Source of the DNA: a virus
Taxonomy: Duplodnaviria > Caudoviricetes
IMG/VR virus record: IMGVR_UViG_3300034105_003214
Span: 1-62,756 of that record
Length of the DNA: 62,756 nucleotides
Reading direction: 5' to 3' (one strand)
Below are positions 20,305 to 30,555 of the stretch, in pieces. The notes beneath the pieces were generated by a model. The model searched no databases, was not told the DNA's origin, and worked only from the letters and a program-made list of their open reading frames with translations. The translations under genes were made by a program, and so were the position numbers. Position 1 is the stretch's first letter. Every line of letters starts with the position of its first letter.

Positions 20305-21798
20305 ATGGACAAAAACATAATAAAAAATCAATTAATAGCTAGATTCTTAAAAGAAGAAAGCACTCCTGGTATTGATGTAACTAAAAAAGCTCAAAAACAA
20401 TCTGAAAAGATTAACAAAGCTGGGGTTAAAGACATGGACAAGGAGTTAGCTGGTTATGAAAAAGCTATTGTAAAAACAGAAAAAGCAGGTAAAATGCCAG
20501 CTAATAAGTTTAATTACAACGGTGATAAAGAAAAAGAATATCATGACCAAATGGAAATTATGAATGGTCAAGAAATGATTCAATATGATAGAGACCCAAA
20601 CAAAGAATTTAAAGATAGAGCTGAAGAAGCTATAGCTGGTAGTTCTAGAATGGGAAACAACCCAGAATGGGCAAATGTTGTTGCAAAAGGACAAGGTGGT
20701 GACCCAGAATTTGGTAAAAACCTAGTTAAAGCTATTAAAGCTTCTACAAAGAAAAGACAAGATGCTACCGATAGTGTTATTAGCTTTGGTGATGATATTG
20801 AAACTGTTCCTAAGGGGTCTAAGCCAATTGGTAAACATGGAGCTTTATCTGAAGGTAAAGAACAAGCTAGCAAAGATATTGAAAATGATAAACCACATGG
20901 TACTGAAGATGAATATGAATTCAATAATAGTGACGATGCTAAAAAACCATTAGAACAAAAAGAAGAGAATAAAAATAATAATAATAAACCAAAAATAAAA
21001 GAAGGAATGAAAAGACTTAATTTCAAAAAAGAATTCAATGGTGTTGGAAACGCATTGAAAATGATACCTGAATCATACAAAGTAGACAACAAAGTATTCG
21101 AAATGGCTGACGGTAATGAATCATACAAAATCCGTTGGGAAGGTACTCTTTCTGAAGGTAGAGCAATCGTATTAACTGCAGCTAACAAAACTATGGTTAA
21201 CGAAGATATGCAAAAAATGAAACACCTTATGGGTTACAAATCTGAGAAAACTCTTGGTCTTGTAAAAGGTAACGCTAGACTTAATGAAAATGCTATCTTC
21301 AATGATATCTATACTAAAACTAAAGCTCTTTTAGAAGGTGAAGATATTGAAGACCAAGATGCGTCTGAAGTAAAAGATGCTAGTAAATCTGTATCTGTTG
21401 CTAAAGAAGCTAAAAAAGACATCCAAGGAAGCGTATCTACTGATAAAGGCACACAAGCACCAAAAGTTAAAACAACTTCACCAGAAGCGTTAGATTCAGC
21501 TAAAAAACAAGCTCCAGAAGCTAAGAAACATGTTGAAGGAAGTGTTGATGGTAAAATTGGAATGGGATTAGGTGAAAAAGCTCCAGAAGGAGAATGGGAC
21601 CAAATTGATGTACCACAAGGTGCTGCTCATGGTAACCCATCAAAAACAACTTATGCTCCAGCTCCTGGAACAGGTGAATGGGATAAAATAAACGTACCAC
21701 AAGCTGCTGATGCTAAAAAACATGTTAGCATGTCTGAAGGTGTTACACTAGGTGGTGTATATTACGGTCCAATCGTAGCTAAAAAAAAAATAAATTAG
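20305..21798 (+). CDS. Charged low-complexity protein, probable internal head/scaffold-type protein
   Basis: K/E-rich; repeated LxE motifs; internal repeats AKKHV and GEWD.I.VPQ. Confidence 0.5.
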   Translation: MDKNIIKNQLIARFLKEESTPGIDVTKKAQKQSEKINKAGVKDMDKELAGYEKAIVKTEKAGKMPANKFNYNGDKEKEYHDQMEIMNGQEMIQYDRDPNKEFKDRAEEAIAGSSRMGNNPEWANVVAKGQGGDPEFGKNLVKAIKASTKKRQDATDSVISFGDDIETVPKGSKPIGKHGALSEGKEQASKDIENDKPHGTEDEYEFNNSDDAKKPLEQKEENKNNNNKPKIKEGMKRLNFKKEFNGVGNALKMIPESYKVDNKVFEMADGNESYKIRWEGTLSEGRAIVLTAANKTMVNEDMQKMKHLMGYKSEKTLGLVKGNARLNENAIFNDIYTKTKALLEGEDIEDQDASEVKDASKSVSVAKEAKKDIQGSVSTDKGTQAPKVKTTSPEALDSAKKQAPEAKKHVEGSVDGKIGMGLGEKAPEGEWDQIDVPQGAAHGNPSKTTYAPAPGTGEWDKINVPQAADAKKHVSMSEGVTLGGVYYGPIVAKKKIN

Positions 21799-21812
21799 TT
21801 AAAGAACATTGG

Positions 21813-22112
21813 ATGGATGAAGGTCCACAGGGGTATAGTAATGATAATGTCTTAAACAAATTAGCACCAGAAGATAGAGAAGAGAAATTAAAAACTCAAC
21901 CCGTATATTCTGAGGAAGAAGATAAAGACGATGTAATTACCTATAAAGGAAAACACATCAACAGATTATTCCCAAGTGGTATGTATGTATATTATTCTGA
22001 TTCTGAAGAAAGATTTATAAAATCTGATGATTTAGATTATATTAAATACATGATAGAAAAAGATAATGATAAATTTATTGATTCTGTTCCTTTCCCACCA
22101 CATGAATACTAA
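21813..22112 (+). CDS. Hypothetical protein
   Basis: ORF followed by terminator. Confidence 0.5.
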   Translation: MDEGPQGYSNDNVLNKLAPEDREEKLKTQPVYSEEEDKDDVITYKGKHINRLFPSGMYVYYSDSEERFIKSDDLDYIKYMIEKDNDKFIDSVPFPPHEY

Positions 22113-22129
22113 TATTAAAACATAAATAA

Positions 22130-22158
22130 AAAAAGCTACTCATTCGGGTAGCTTTTTT
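22130..22158 (+). terminator. Intrinsic terminator
   Basis: AAAAAGCTACTC-ATTC-GGGTAGCTTTTT. Confidence 0.65.
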
Positions 22159-22213
22159 GTTTTAAAGATATTTATTAAATGAATAACAATAACAATTTTT
22201 TAAAAATAAAACT

Positions 22214-22828
22214 ATGAGTTTAACTAAACTACAAGAAAAATTAGGTGTAAAAGCTGATGGAGCTTTTGGTCCTGGAACACTTAAAGCAGCAATGGCTTAC
22301 TACAAATTAACACCAGCAAGAGCTGCACATTTCTTTGCACAATGCGGACATGAGACAGGTGATTTTAAAATATTCACTGAAAATCTTAACTATTCAGCAA
22401 AAGGATTACAAGATATCTTTGGAAAATACTTTCCAGGTACTTTAGAAGAGTCTTATGCTAGACAACCAGAGAAAATAGCATCTAGAGTATATGCTGATAG
22501 AATGGGTAATGGAAATGAAGCATCAAAAGATGGTTACAAATTTAGAGGTCGTGGAGCAATCCAATTAACAGGTAAAGATAACTACAAACAATTTTCTGAA
22601 AGTATTAAAAGACCTGATGTATTAACAAATCCAGATATTGTTGCTACTGAATTAGCTTTTGAATCTGCTAAGTTTTTCTTTGATAAAAACAAATTATGGT
22701 CAATCTGTGACAAAGGAGTTAGTGATGCATCAATCCTAGCTTTAACAAAAAGAGTTAACGGTGGTACACACGGTTTAGAAGATAGAGCAGCAAAAACTAA
22801 AAAATATTACGGTTGGTTAACAACTTAA
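22214..22828 (+). CDS. Glycoside hydrolase family 19 endolysin with short peptidoglycan-binding N-terminus
   Basis: LQEKLGVKADGAFGPGT; FFAQCGHET, ENLNYS, FRGRGAIQLTGKDNY, VNGGTHGLEDR. Confidence 0.9.
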   Translation: MSLTKLQEKLGVKADGAFGPGTLKAAMAYYKLTPARAAHFFAQCGHETGDFKIFTENLNYSAKGLQDIFGKYFPGTLEESYARQPEKIASRVYADRMGNGNEASKDGYKFRGRGAIQLTGKDNYKQFSESIKRPDVLTNPDIVATELAFESAKFFFDKNKLWSICDKGVSDASILALTKRVNGGTHGLEDRAAKTKKYYGWLTT

Positions 22829-22877
22829 GTATTTATTTTTTGATTCTTTTTAATATAATTATAAAAAAGAATAATTA

Positions 22878-23345
22878 ATGGATAAATTTAACAAAAATAG
22901 TTTTCTAGGCTACATCAATAACCCTATGAGTAAAGAGGATATGATGTTATTCTATAAAGAAAACAATATAAAATATGAGAAGTGCGAATTATATAGTGAT
23001 TTCGCACTTTCTCTTATTATAACTATTTTTGATACTTATATGGGTGACGATGTTACCTCTTTAGAAGACCAATTCAAACACTTCGAATGGGCATGGCAAA
23101 AAACAATACAAAATTTTGTTGAGGAGGGTTTAGATTTTGAAACTAATATTTTATATGAATATTTTTTAGAATTTATGCTAGAAGTTTATTATCAAATAAC
23201 AAATAAAAATGAATTAGGTATTGATAAAAAAATATGTAAACTATGGATAGATATTTTTGATTATGATAAAATTAAAACCAATTCAGATATTGACGCACTT
23301 ACCGAAATATATACTATATTCGAAAAATCCCTAAAAATATTATAA
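22878..23345 (+). CDS. Hypothetical protein
   Basis: ORF. Confidence 0.6.
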   Translation: MDKFNKNSFLGYINNPMSKEDMMLFYKENNIKYEKCELYSDFALSLIITIFDTYMGDDVTSLEDQFKHFEWAWQKTIQNFVEEGLDFETNILYEYFLEFMLEVYYQITNKNELGIDKKICKLWIDIFDYDKIKTNSDIDALTEIYTIFEKSLKIL

Positions 23346-23397
23346 AAAAAACCCTTTTACTATTTAGTTTTGTAAAATATGTAGTAGCTTTACAATT

Positions 23398-23610
23398 ATG
23401 GAAACGAATAGATTTATGCAAATTATGGTTATGGAGTTAACTTCAGATATTCTAAAAGCAGAAGAAGCTTTGGAAAAAACCATTAATTCTTCAGATTTGT
23501 TAGATATTAAAATTAATAACGCTAAGGCTCAATTAGGCAATTTATTATTAGCTGAAAATAAGTTAGCAAAATTTAATAATATGTTTCGTAATGAAGATAC
23601 AATACAATAA
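23398..23610 (+). CDS. Hypothetical protein
   Basis: ORF. Confidence 0.5.
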   Translation: METNRFMQIMVMELTSDILKAEEALEKTINSSDLLDIKINNAKAQLGNLLLAENKLAKFNNMFRNEDTIQ

Positions 23611-23632
23611 CATTTAAAAAAAAAAGAAAAAA

Positions 23633-23806
23633 ATGGAAAATTTTAATGAATTAAAAGCATTAGTAGCAAGTATGGAAGAAGACGTAACAAAGTTTTACGA
23701 AAAAGATAACAAAGCTGCTGGTGTAAGAGTTAGAAAAGCCTTACAAGAAATTAAAGGTTTATCTCAAACAATGAGAAACGAAGTTTCAGAAAAAAACAAA
23801 CAATAA
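23633..23806 (+). CDS. Histone H1-like (Hc1-family) protein, 57 aa, not in ORF track
   Basis: MENFNELKALVASMEEDVTKFYEKDNKAAGVRVRKALQEIKGLSQTMRNEVSEKNKQ; NKAAGxRxRK motif. Confidence 0.75.
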   Translation: MENFNELKALVASMEEDVTKFYEKDNKAAGVRVRKALQEIKGLSQTMRNEVSEKNKQ

Positions 23807-23810
23807 TATT

Positions 23811-24026
23811 ATGTTAATAGAAATATCTAATAAAATATTGATGATTTGTTTCTTTTTGTCTTGTCTAACTACTTTTAGACATGGTTATTATTTTATTCAA
23901 GCATTTTTCTCATCCACTGAGGATACTCCAGTTAAGTACAGAATTTCAAAAATATCATTACTTTTATTAGGTGTTTCTATTGCGTATATTTTATCAAGCT
24001 TATTTACAGGTATAACACTAAAATAA
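23811..24026 (+). CDS. Small two-TM membrane protein
   Basis: Two hydrophobic segments. Confidence 0.55.
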   Translation: MLIEISNKILMICFFLSCLTTFRHGYYFIQAFFSSTEDTPVKYRISKISLLLLGVSIAYILSSLFTGITLK

Positions 24027-24032
24027 AAAACT

Positions 24033-24803
24033 ATGAATATACAAAAAACTCTTGATTCACTTCAACCATATGTAATTGGGATACGCTACCTTGAAGGAAC
24101 TCCTCTTGTTGATGCTGTATTTAAAGAAGGTTGGAATGTTCCAGATGACCCAAAGATAAAAAAGATTAAAGGGAATGATGATATGAATTATTTCATGTTA
24201 CTTAGTGAAATTCCTGGTGTTGGTCTAGATGAATTATTAGCTTTTGTTGATAAAACTATAAAGTTAAATATAGAAAGAGAAAAAAAACATGATTTACTTA
24301 AAGTAAAATTTAATGAGTTAAAAGAAGTCTTTAAAAAAACATCTCTAGATAAACTTAAATGTCTTAAATTTACCTTTGCTGAAGAAGATTTGGTACCCAC
24401 TTTAACAGAATTTGATATGGATGATTTTGATGAAGAAGAATTAATACCACAACCATTACCATCAGAAAATTTAATACCAGAAGAGTATAGCGTTACTGAT
24501 GAGTACGAAGAAGTGGAATCAACTCCAATATCTATTGAACATACTGCATATTTAGATGAAGATGGCAAACCAATTGAACTAAGTGAAGATGATATGGAAT
24601 TATTAGCTGAAGAAGCTAGAGCCGAACAAAATCGCAAATACTTAGATAGTAAAAACAAAAACAATACTAGTAAAAAAATTGCAAATAAAGTGGAACTACC
24701 ACCAAAACGTAAACCAGTACTAGAAACAACTATTGATTATGGTGGTGATTGTGAATGTGGACCAGATGAAGCTTGTGACCGTTGCATCGATTCAAAATAC
24801 TAA
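24033..24803 (+). CDS. Hypothetical acidic protein, Cys-rich C-terminus
   Basis: ORF; CECGPDEACDRC. Confidence 0.6.
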   Translation: MNIQKTLDSLQPYVIGIRYLEGTPLVDAVFKEGWNVPDDPKIKKIKGNDDMNYFMLLSEIPGVGLDELLAFVDKTIKLNIEREKKHDLLKVKFNELKEVFKKTSLDKLKCLKFTFAEEDLVPTLTEFDMDDFDEEELIPQPLPSENLIPEEYSVTDEYEEVESTPISIEHTAYLDEDGKPIELSEDDMELLAEEARAEQNRKYLDSKNKNNTSKKIANKVELPPKRKPVLETTIDYGGDCECGPDEACDRCIDSKY

Positions 24804-24808
24804 AACAA

Positions 24809-24837
24809 AAAAAGAGCCTTTTTAAGGGCTCTTTTTT
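24809..24837. terminator. Bidirectional terminator between convergent genes
   Basis: A-run, GAGCC...GGCTC, T-run. Confidence 0.65.
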
Positions 24838-24859
24838 ATTTAATGGTATTCGTATATGA

Positions 24860-25192
24860 TTATTCGTTTGATATTGATTCTAAAGCTTCCTGTAGTGTGT
24901 GGATTAACCATACACCAGCAGTTGAAACCAAACCATTCATAAAAATCATTAACCATGGCAAAGTAATAGCACCCATAGGTGTTAAATGCTCAAAACCATA
25001 GTAATAAAGAATACCTGATACTGCAAATCCCATCCATGTACCTAAACACATAAAACATGTGAATAATTTATACAAGCTATAACCACCAGTACCAAATTTT
25101 GCTAAAAAATCTCTATATCCTTCGAATAGAGAACCGTAAATTAAATTGTTACAAGCTCCGTAACAAATAAGGATAAAAATAAGTGTTGTCAT
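24860..25192 (-). CDS. Membrane protein with CxxC (DUF1360-like)
   Basis: LFTCFMCLGTWMG; hydrophobic helices. Confidence 0.55.
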   Translation of the reverse strand: MTTLIFILICYGACNNLIYGSLFEGYRDFLAKFGTGGYSLYKLFTCFMCLGTWMGFAVSGILYYYGFEHLTPMGAITLPWLMIFMNGLVSTAGVWLIHTLQEALESISNE

Positions 25193-25285
25193 AATTTTTA
25201 TTCAAATATAGTGTTTATAACGCTATTAGTAAATATTTATATTGACAAAACTGTTTTTTTTATTATATTTATCAAAAATATAATT

Positions 25286-25513
25286 ATGATACGAGTAAAT
25301 AAAGATGAATTAAGTATAGAACTTGAACAAACTCAGAAAGAAAAAGTTTTGATGGCTCAAAACAATGATAAACGAAAACGAGAACTAATTACAGATATAA
25401 AAACAGGGTTAGGTGAAGAAATCAAAAAAAATCCAGGAAGAGCTAAAATAATTAAAAAAACCAAATATGAAAAATTAATGATATGGTTGAAAAAAATATT
25501 TACAAAATTTTAA
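25286..25513 (+). CDS. Hypothetical protein
   Basis: ATG at 25286 within the listed ORF. Confidence 0.5.
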   Translation: MIRVNKDELSIELEQTQKEKVLMAQNNDKRKRELITDIKTGLGEEIKKNPGRAKIIKKTKYEKLMIWLKKIFTKF

Positions 25514-25514
25514 A

Positions 25515-25745
25515 ATGACATACGAAAATTTAATAGAAACCGTAACATCAATACTAGATGATGAAACAATTTACAAAAATGGGTTAACCTTAACTTATGA
25601 GTTAACACCAAAAAATCATAAAGCAATGAATGAGTTGTTATTTTATAAATCCAATCCAATTACTGATAACCCAATACTTACTGATGAATTTGAAGCTGAT
25701 TTTGATGGGATTGTTGTTAAATTTATAAAAAAAGAAGAAGAATAG
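25515..25745 (+). CDS. Hypothetical protein
   Basis: ORF. Confidence 0.55.
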   Translation: MTYENLIETVTSILDDETIYKNGLTLTYELTPKNHKAMNELLFYKSNPITDNPILTDEFEADFDGIVVKFIKKEEE

Positions 25746-25779
25746 TTGTAAGTTTAAATTATTTATGTAACTTTGCATT

Positions 25780-26034
25780 ATGGAAATAAATGATATAATA
25801 GGTTCAATAGGTGTAACAATGATGTTATTTGGCTTTGTTTTAAACATTGTTGATAAATTAGACAATGATAATATTTTTTATATATTACTAAACTTATTTG
25901 GTGGTATTTTAGCGTGCATCGCCTCAATTCTAATAAAATATACACCATTTATAATTTTAGAGGCTACTTGGGTTCTAGTATCTGGTTGGGGAATTTATGA
26001 TTATATAATTAAAAAAAGAAATGAAATTAAATAA
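25780..26034 (+). CDS. Small three-TM membrane protein
   Basis: IGSIGV...LNLFGG...PFIILEATW. Confidence 0.6.
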   Translation: MEINDIIGSIGVTMMLFGFVLNIVDKLDNDNIFYILLNLFGGILACIASILIKYTPFIILEATWVLVSGWGIYDYIIKKRNEIK

Positions 26035-26634
26035 AATTTTAGAATATGCTCCACCTCGTCTAGCCGAATTAGATTTTATCTGCGGCATTGACGAGGTGGG
26101 CTAATTGGTAGAGGTTGTGGTGCTGGTCCAGTAGTAACTGCTGCTGTGATATTACCTAAGGGTTTTTCATCACCGTTATTACGAGATTCAAAAAAACTTA
26201 CGGAAAAACAAAGATTAGAAGCATACCAATTAATTATTGATAATGCGTTAGCCATATCTTGTAATGCTGGTTCTGTATCTGATATAGATGAACTTGGCAT
26301 AAATCCCGCCACGTTCAAAGTTATGCATAAATGTATTGACGAATTATCAATAACACCAGATTATATATTATTAGATGGAACCGTTTGGGATAATATTGGT
26401 GATATTAGAGTTGAATTAGTACCTAAAGGTGATGATACTTATTTATCGATTGCCGCTGCAGCAATTGTTGCTAAGGTTAGACGTGATGAATATATGGTTA
26501 AGTTACATCAATTATTCCCAATATATGATTGGGATAGCAATAAAGGATACTTATCACCATCACATATAGCTGCAATTAAAGAAAAAGGTGTATGTAAATA
26601 CCATAGAAATCAATACGTTAGAAATTTTATTTAA
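26021..26634 (+). CDS. rnhB: Ribonuclease HII, reading frame interrupted by 8 extra nt including TAA (recoded gene or pseudogene)
   Basis: 26021-26104 encodes MKLN...ICGIDEVG*; a different frame from 26107 gives GRGCGAGPVVTAAVIL...DSKKL...LLDG...KGD...SIAAAAIVAKV.RD...NKGY. Confidence 0.85.
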
Positions 26635-26717
26635 AATAATTCAAAAAAAACTTGGTATTAGTGTATAAATGTTATATCTTTGCACTCAATTAAAAAACAA
26701 ACTTAAAATTTAACGTT

Positions 26718-28157
26718 ATGGGAAATTCATTATTATCTGCAATGCAAACTAAAAATTCACTTACTGAAAACGGTATGGTTACTAACTCGTCATCATTAAA
26801 CCACTGTGTAGATTTATTCTTCCAGATTGGTGCAATGAGAGGTGCTGACAAAACTCGTCTAATTAATGTATTTACGAAAGCATTTGGAGAAAATCCATTG
26901 ACTGCTATGCGTTTATTATTTTGGGCCAGAGATGTACGTGGTGGTGCTGGTGAAAGACAAATATTTAAAGATATAATCTCTTACTTGGCTGAGAACCGTA
27001 CAGAAGTATTAGGTAAAAACCTACACCTTATTTCAGAATTTGGTAGATGGGATGATATGTTAGTGTTATTTGGTACTCCATTGGAGAATCAAGCATTAAC
27101 TATAATCACTGAAGCGTTAAACGCTAAAAATGGGTTAGCATGCAAATGGATGCCACGTCCAAACGTTGCTAGCCGTGATGCTAAAAGACAAGCTAATACA
27201 CTTAGAAAACACTTAGGGTTATCTCCAAAAGAGTACCGTAAGTTACTTGTTGAAAACTCTAACACTGTTGAGCAATTGATGTGTGCTAGAGAATGGACTA
27301 AAATAGAATACTCTAAATTGCCTTCAAAAGCAATGAGTGATTTGATGAAAGCCTTTTCTAAAAACGACTTGGCTCGTTTTCAAGAATACTTAACAAGTGT
27401 TGAAAAAGGTGAAGCTAAAATCAATGCTGGTGCTTTGTACCCATATGATGTTATCAAAAACCTTAAACAAGACAATGTGAAAGGTGCTAACGCTCAATGG
27501 AACGCATTGCCAAACTTCTTGGAGTCTAACAATGAAAGATTCCTTCCAGTTGTTGACGTTTCTGGGTCTATGTCATGCTCTGCTGGTAACAGCCAAAGTG
27601 TAACATGTATGGATGTAGCAATCTCATTGGGATTATACATATCTGAAAGAAATATAGGTATGTTTCAAGATGCGTTTATTACTTTCTCAAACAGACCAGA
27701 ATTACAAATCCTTAAAGGTTCTCTTTCTGAAAGATACAGTCAATTAGAAAACGCTGCATGGGATATGTCAACTAATGTTGAAGCTGTATTTAATTTAATT
27801 TTGAAAAAAGCTATTGATAGCAATGTTCAAGAAAGTGAAATGCCAACAATGATTCTTATCCTTTCGGATATGGAATTCAATGCTGGTACTAGAGGAAATT
27901 GGGACTCTACTGCACAAGAAACTTTTGAAAAATTGTATGCTGAAGCAGGTTATGTGATGCCAAAAATTGTTTACTGGAATATCCATTCTAGAAACGACTC
28001 TAACAAACCAGTTCAATTTGATAAAAATGGGACTTGCCTCGTTAGTGGATTTTCGCCATCACTATTATCAAATCTATTGGGTGGAAAAGATATGAGTCCA
28101 TACTCAATGATGATGAATGTAATTGATTCAGAGCGTTACTCTGCGATTACAGTATAA
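26718..28157 (+). CDS. DUF2828-type TROVE-like/vWA-domain protein
   Basis: TENG, ARDVRGGAGER, FGRWDD, KWMPR; vWA MIDAS VVDVSGSM, ILSDMEF, YWN, SGFSP. Confidence 0.8.
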   Translation: MGNSLLSAMQTKNSLTENGMVTNSSSLNHCVDLFFQIGAMRGADKTRLINVFTKAFGENPLTAMRLLFWARDVRGGAGERQIFKDIISYLAENRTEVLGKNLHLISEFGRWDDMLVLFGTPLENQALTIITEALNAKNGLACKWMPRPNVASRDAKRQANTLRKHLGLSPKEYRKLLVENSNTVEQLMCAREWTKIEYSKLPSKAMSDLMKAFSKNDLARFQEYLTSVEKGEAKINAGALYPYDVIKNLKQDNVKGANAQWNALPNFLESNNERFLPVVDVSGSMSCSAGNSQSVTCMDVAISLGLYISERNIGMFQDAFITFSNRPELQILKGSLSERYSQLENAAWDMSTNVEAVFNLILKKAIDSNVQESEMPTMILILSDMEFNAGTRGNWDSTAQETFEKLYAEAGYVMPKIVYWNIHSRNDSNKPVQFDKNGTCLVSGFSPSLLSNLLGGKDMSPYSMMMNVIDSERYSAITV

Positions 28158-28172
28158 TATATTTGTTCATAA

Positions 28173-28307
28173 AAGATAAGTGCTGCAACCAAACACACAA
28201 AAAATTTAACTAAACTTGAAATCCGTAGGTACCCAATCCTCTAACAATTTTATTTAATGGGAAAGCTTCTTAACAGGGTTAGAAGAAAAAAATGCCCCCC
28301 TATCTTG
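28173..28307 (+). ncRNA. Putative ncRNA A of the TNCWGCAA family
   Basis: AAGATA/TATCTT closing stem, TGCTGCAA box; lies between the vWA gene stop and a terminator. Confidence 0.5.
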
Positions 28308-28322
28308 GAACAAAGAAAAAAG

Positions 28323-28348
28323 AAACTCACAGAAATGTGGGTTTTTTT
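28323..28348 (+). terminator. Intrinsic terminator
   Basis: AAACTCAC-AGAAAT-GTGGGTTTTTTT. Confidence 0.6.
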
Positions 28349-28410
28349 CGTTTTTAGTATTTACACATATTTTTATTTTCAGTAAATTTGAATATAAAAA
28401 TAAAAAACCT

Positions 28411-28653
28411 ATGAAATCAATACTTATTAAAGAAGTAGACCAATTACACAGCAAAATACATAAAAATAGACTTGTTAGTGAATATTTAGTTTACTTAATG
28501 GAAAATGACGTTAAATTAGCGTGTTACAGCGAACTTGGTAAAGAATCTAAAGACATGAGAGTAAATGAACTTATCGTTGATAATTTTGACCTAGAAATCG
28601 CTCTAGAAGACATAATCAAAGAAGTTACCTTTGAGGAATTAATAAACAATTAA
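28411..28653 (+). CDS. Hypothetical protein
   Basis: ORF after a TAnnTTTG box. Confidence 0.55.
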   Translation: MKSILIKEVDQLHSKIHKNRLVSEYLVYLMENDVKLACYSELGKESKDMRVNELIVDNFDLEIALEDIIKEVTFEELINN

Positions 28654-28656
28654 AAA

Positions 28657-29001
28657 ATGGCAGAAGAAAAACAACACCCATTAGTACTCGTATTCTATTT
28701 AGATATAGAATTATTAAGCAATAGAGAAATTGCACAACCATTTGTTGATATGGTTAATGATGTGATAACACAGAAAGATGCTAACGCAGTTGCTTTCTTT
28801 TTACCAACACGTGGTGAAGAAAGAATCGAATGTATTAACCCTGTAGTTATGGCAGAGCCTGATATGGCAAAAGTAACACAAATGATAGCGGACATTAAAG
28901 AACAGTTTTCAATAGCTGCGGAAATGGATGTCCTAGATGAAGAAATAACACCTGATGATAACCCATGTGAATGTGGTGGAAATTGCAAATGTAACCAATA
29001 A
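28657..29001 (+). CDS. Hypothetical protein, Cys-rich tail
   Basis: CECGGNCKC. Confidence 0.6.
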   Translation: MAEEKQHPLVLVFYLDIELLSNREIAQPFVDMVNDVITQKDANAVAFFLPTRGEERIECINPVVMAEPDMAKVTQMIADIKEQFSIAAEMDVLDEEITPDDNPCECGGNCKCNQ

Positions 29002-29004
29002 AAT

Positions 29005-29193
29005 ATGGAACAAGAAAACAAAGCAGTAATCTATGATGAATGTCTTAGAGAAAGCGACCACTTACAGAGAGTAAATTCCAAGATAAAATCAGAATATGCT
29101 GGTAATATCCCACCTGAACAACAATTAATACTAGATAGAAACAATGAAAAAATTAGCTATCTAGTAAAAAGACTTGAAAGTTTATTTAGTTAA
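29005..29193 (+). CDS. Hypothetical protein
   Basis: ORF in operon. Confidence 0.55.
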   Translation: MEQENKAVIYDECLRESDHLQRVNSKIKSEYAGNIPPEQQLILDRNNEKISYLVKRLESLFS

Positions 29194-29867
29194 TGGAAGA
29201 AATTCAAATGGTTGTTAGTTATCTTGATAGATATTATAGAATTATTAATAATAACTGTATTAATGGTGAAGGTAATATCGTGACTGGTGATAGGATAGTC
29301 ACAAATATGGTCAAAATATTTAGCCTTTCGGAAGAGGTATGTGTGAACACCGTTAAAGAATGGGTTGAAACAAATGGATTAGAAAAATCAGTTTCTGATG
29401 AAATTAAATGGGTTAAACCATCACCAATACATCAACCTGTAAATAGGGCTAATTTTGGGTATGTTCCTTATGAACCAAAAAGACAAAACAGATTTTTGGT
29501 AAATATGCCACCAGAATTTGAAATACAGCAATGGGTGGTTAGAAAAGCATGTCGACCATCAACATATATTTTAAGAAATGGTCCTGATGGATGTGAAATT
29601 CGATATGACCCAATGGTTTTGGTTTTTGCTGACCCTATTGGTCCATCAGTAGCACAAAGACTAGCGATTATTTTACGTGAAAGACCAGGAGAACCATTTG
29701 ATTTTTCAATTGATTTGCTTGACCCAACTGGTGTTGTTATTGAACAATGGCTTTTTTCTGAATGTTACTTCGAATCAATGGATTTTGGTCCTTTAGATAT
29801 GGATATAGATGAAATGGTAACATGTAAAGTAACAATAATAATTGGTAATATGATTTTAAATTTCTAA
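29193..29867 (+). CDS. Fusion of an unknown N-terminal domain to a T4 gp19-like tail-tube domain
   Basis: YEPKRQNRF, RPS, FADPIGPSVAQ, LLDPTGVVIEQW, DFGPLD resemble large-myophage tube proteins. Confidence 0.6.
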   Translation: MEEIQMVVSYLDRYYRIINNNCINGEGNIVTGDRIVTNMVKIFSLSEEVCVNTVKEWVETNGLEKSVSDEIKWVKPSPIHQPVNRANFGYVPYEPKRQNRFLVNMPPEFEIQQWVVRKACRPSTYILRNGPDGCEIRYDPMVLVFADPIGPSVAQRLAIILRERPGEPFDFSIDLLDPTGVVIEQWLFSECYFESMDFGPLDMDIDEMVTCKVTIIIGNMILNF

Positions 29868-29897
29868 TAAAAAACCCACAATTACTGTGGGTTTTTT
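29868..29897. terminator. Bidirectional terminator
   Basis: AAAAAACCCACA-ATTAC-TGTGGGTTTTTT between convergent genes. Confidence 0.7.
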
Positions 29898-29898
29898 A

Positions 29899-30555
29899 TT
29901 ATGGTCTTGTACTAGTACGTCTTATTTTAGTATATGGCCAGCCAGTATTTTCGTGAATAACATCATAATATCTACCAATATTTGCTGGACTAGCAGTACC
30001 CATAAACAATAGACTCTTAATCTTTTGTTTCTTTGCAATTTTAGCTAGTGTATGGTGTAATCGTTGAGCATCTTCTAATTTCTTACAAATAATCATATCA
30101 AATTGGTCCTCGTTGTATATTATTAGTTTATTATACACAACAATGATTTGTTTAACCATTTTTTTACCATGAGCACCTATCATAAGTCTTTTAACAACTT
30201 CTGATATGGTAGGTCTATCTTTATTATTTTCTAATCCATGTATCCAGAAGGTTTCTTCTACATTATAATCAGCTGAAGCAAGGATTGTCCAATCACCTAG
30301 GGGTTCTTCAGTATATAATTTACCATATCCATCTCTAAGGGTACGGAAAGTATCACCTTCTTCAGTTATTTTTGTAACACATATTTGATACTTAACTGGT
30401 TTTAAACCATTAGAATTGATAAATTTTCTAGGGAACATGACGTTATTATTTTCTTTCAATGAATGAAAGTTAAGATAAGCTGTTTCACTAGTCTTACTCC
30501 TATGTAAAGTCTTCTTATATTTACCGTTTGCTAATAAAACTACTCGATATGTCAT
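29899..30555 (-). CDS. Hypothetical basic protein
   Basis: 218-aa ORF filling a gap. Confidence 0.65.
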   Translation of the reverse strand: MTYRVVLLANGKYKKTLHRSKTSETAYLNFHSLKENNNVMFPRKFINSNGLKPVKYQICVTKITEEGDTFRTLRDGYGKLYTEEPLGDWTILASADYNVEETFWIHGLENNKDRPTISEVVKRLMIGAHGKKMVKQIIVVYNKLIIYNEDQFDMIICKKLEDAQRLHHTLAKIAKKQKIKSLLFMGTASPANIGRYYDVIHENTGWPYTKIRRTSTRP

